A model generated the notes under the pieces. That model saw only the letters and a list, made by a program, of their open reading frames with translations. It ran no database searches and was not told the origin of the DNA. From the NCBI GenBank assembly GCA_001949185.1, contig BDGG01000005.1, positions 3,077,972 to 3,141,971 on the forward strand: DNA of 64,000 bases, in the 5' to 3' direction. This DNA is from Ramazzottius varieornatus. Its lineage: Eukaryota > Animalia > Tardigrada. Below, piece after piece: positions 62,324-64,000 of the stretch; position 1 is the first letter of the stretch, and each line of letters opens with the position of its first letter. The position numbers and the translations under genes were made by a program.

Positions 62324-64000
62324 ATGCTTCCACTTGTAATCAGCGCTTTTGTTGTAGCCTTGGTATTGATATTGTGCTTGCTGCAGCGAAATTTTGTCCC
62401 ACTAACTATCGACGGATGGTTTTGCAAAGTTCCTCCCGGTCCTGTTTGTTGGCCATTGATCGGGGCCAGAGGAGTTGACCCCATATACAGCTGGATTACG
62501 TTTACGGAGTGGGCCAAACGCTATGGCGGAATATTCGGCCTGTTCCTCGGGTCGGAATACACAGTCGTTTTGTCGGATATCAACCTAATTCGATCGGCTT
62601 TGAGCAAACCGAGTTTCGAAGGTCGACCATTAGGTACCATTTCCAGAAGCCTGTTCCGCGGAAAAGGTAAGTCGAGAGCTGGGCAAAATGAGCATGCAGC
62701 CTTTATCCTGAGCGACGCATCATTCCAGCCAATAACAGGGCAAACGTGCGCCAATTGAGACAACAACTTTCTACACTGGTTTCTACGGAGCATAAAGTAG
62801 CCTTGTCCCTAAAGTTGCTCCGAATAATCGTCTTACCTTCGCCTCACAGGGCTCGGATTCGCTGATGGGAAACTTTACCGGGAACAACGAAAATTCGCAG
62901 TGAACACTTTGCATCATTTAGCTGTTAACTCGTGCCAGTCCGACAATCCGGACGACACCACCGGGCTGCACGAGATTTACGCCGCTTTGGTCGACGACTT
63001 TGCCAGCACTAATGGAGAGCCCTTGGATCCCATGCATTTTTTGCAGAAAGCCTCCGTGTTGGTTTCCTGTGATCTGGCTCACAAGGGCGTAGTCAAGCCG
63101 GATGATCCCATCGTGGAGGACATTATCACCCTGTACAAGCCGCTGTTTTCCATCAATGTTAGCACAGGTCTTTTGAACATCCATCCCTGGTTGAAGCATT
63201 TTCCGCCTTATCGGCAAAGTTATCAACTCATGCAAAAGGCAGTCGATCATGGCCGCGGTATCGCCGGAAAGTTGGTCGAACAGGGTAGAACACTCAGGGA
63301 AAAGCGAGCTCAAGTGAACCAAGAGAAGACCTTGTTCGATTACGCTTCAGCATTCGACAGAAAGATGTTGTCTGTTTCGGAGGAAAAATCCTTTACCGGT
63401 AAGGTCGGTCTGCGGTAGTTTGAAGACATGATCCAAACCTACTTGCGTTTGACTCCCTTTTGGTTCAGAAGAGCAGCTTATCGCAGCGGCAGCGGAACTT
63501 GTCATGGGTAAATATATGTGTTTTAATACTCGTGCCAGGAATGGTTTTCGAAGGTCCATGTCATGAACTTGCTTGTGGTTCTCGTGTGAACTTGTTGTGC
63601 TTTACTTCTTAGCTGGAGAAGAGGACATACATGCAATGATGTACTGGCTGGTCTTGTTCATGTGCATGTATCCCGATATTCAAGAACGTGCACAAAACGT
63701 ACTGGATGAACTTGTCGGACCGACTCGGCAGCCATCATTGCGGGACAATGGAAACCTGGACTACATCGAGGCGATCGTCATGGAAAGCTTACGCTTCTCC
63801 AACTTCGTTCCTTTTCCACTTCCAAGGAGAACCACCGAGGATGTGCAGTTTAGTGGCTTCCGAATACCGAAAGGTAGATTGACCCTCTGCTGTTCTAACT
63901 TAATTACTCAGAAGAATGCTTCGTGAATACTTCATGAACTTCGCGAAAAACTTCGTGGCACGCCTGAAGTTGAACCCCGGTCCGGAAGTTATTTCTCATC
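62324..64000 (+). CDS. Cytochrome P450 (CYP2-clan-like), copy 2, runs off the window end
   Basis: TM anchor, VPPGP, YREQRK, I-helix ELVM|AGEEDIH, ESLR (ExxR) and PLPRRT. Same exon structure as copy 1, with no lesions seen. Confidence 0.9.

Noticed and set aside
1-64000. Prokaryotic systems (operons, CRISPR, rRNA, tRNA)
   Set aside because: Genes are spliceosomal-intron-containing and animal-type, and no repeat-spacer array or structured RNA gene was recognised by eye.

Overview
Eukaryotic, intron-rich animal DNA from a compact genome with short GT-AG introns. Gene content and style suggest a small invertebrate, possibly a tardigrade (inference only). Left to right: a COQ3/UbiG-like O-methyltransferase gene split by a 2345-bp Tc4/Tc5-type (pogo-like) transposon inserted at CTNAG; three tandem single-pass ANF-receptor-ectodomain genes with only a short cytoplasmic tail (one apparently intact, one disabled, one relic), interleaved with mariner, DIRS-type tyrosine-recombinase and MITE debris; a class A GPCR; a small Gly/Tyr-rich putative GPI-anchored protein; a 4-TM protein; a GT31 galactosyltransferase; three tandem NPF/NPY-like neuropeptide precursor units; a lipocalin; a cluster of foldback elements around a 50-N gap; a DxD-less GT31 homolog; a PLEKHA5/6/7 (Kramer)-like coiled-coil gene; STOML2; and tandem CYP2-clan-like P450s lacking the I-helix threonine. 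The best candidates for new biology are the NPF cluster (unusually long RPRYamide peptides that may share one amidation exon), the cyclase-less ANF receptor array and the Thr-less P450s. All exon models were built by eye and no database searches were run.
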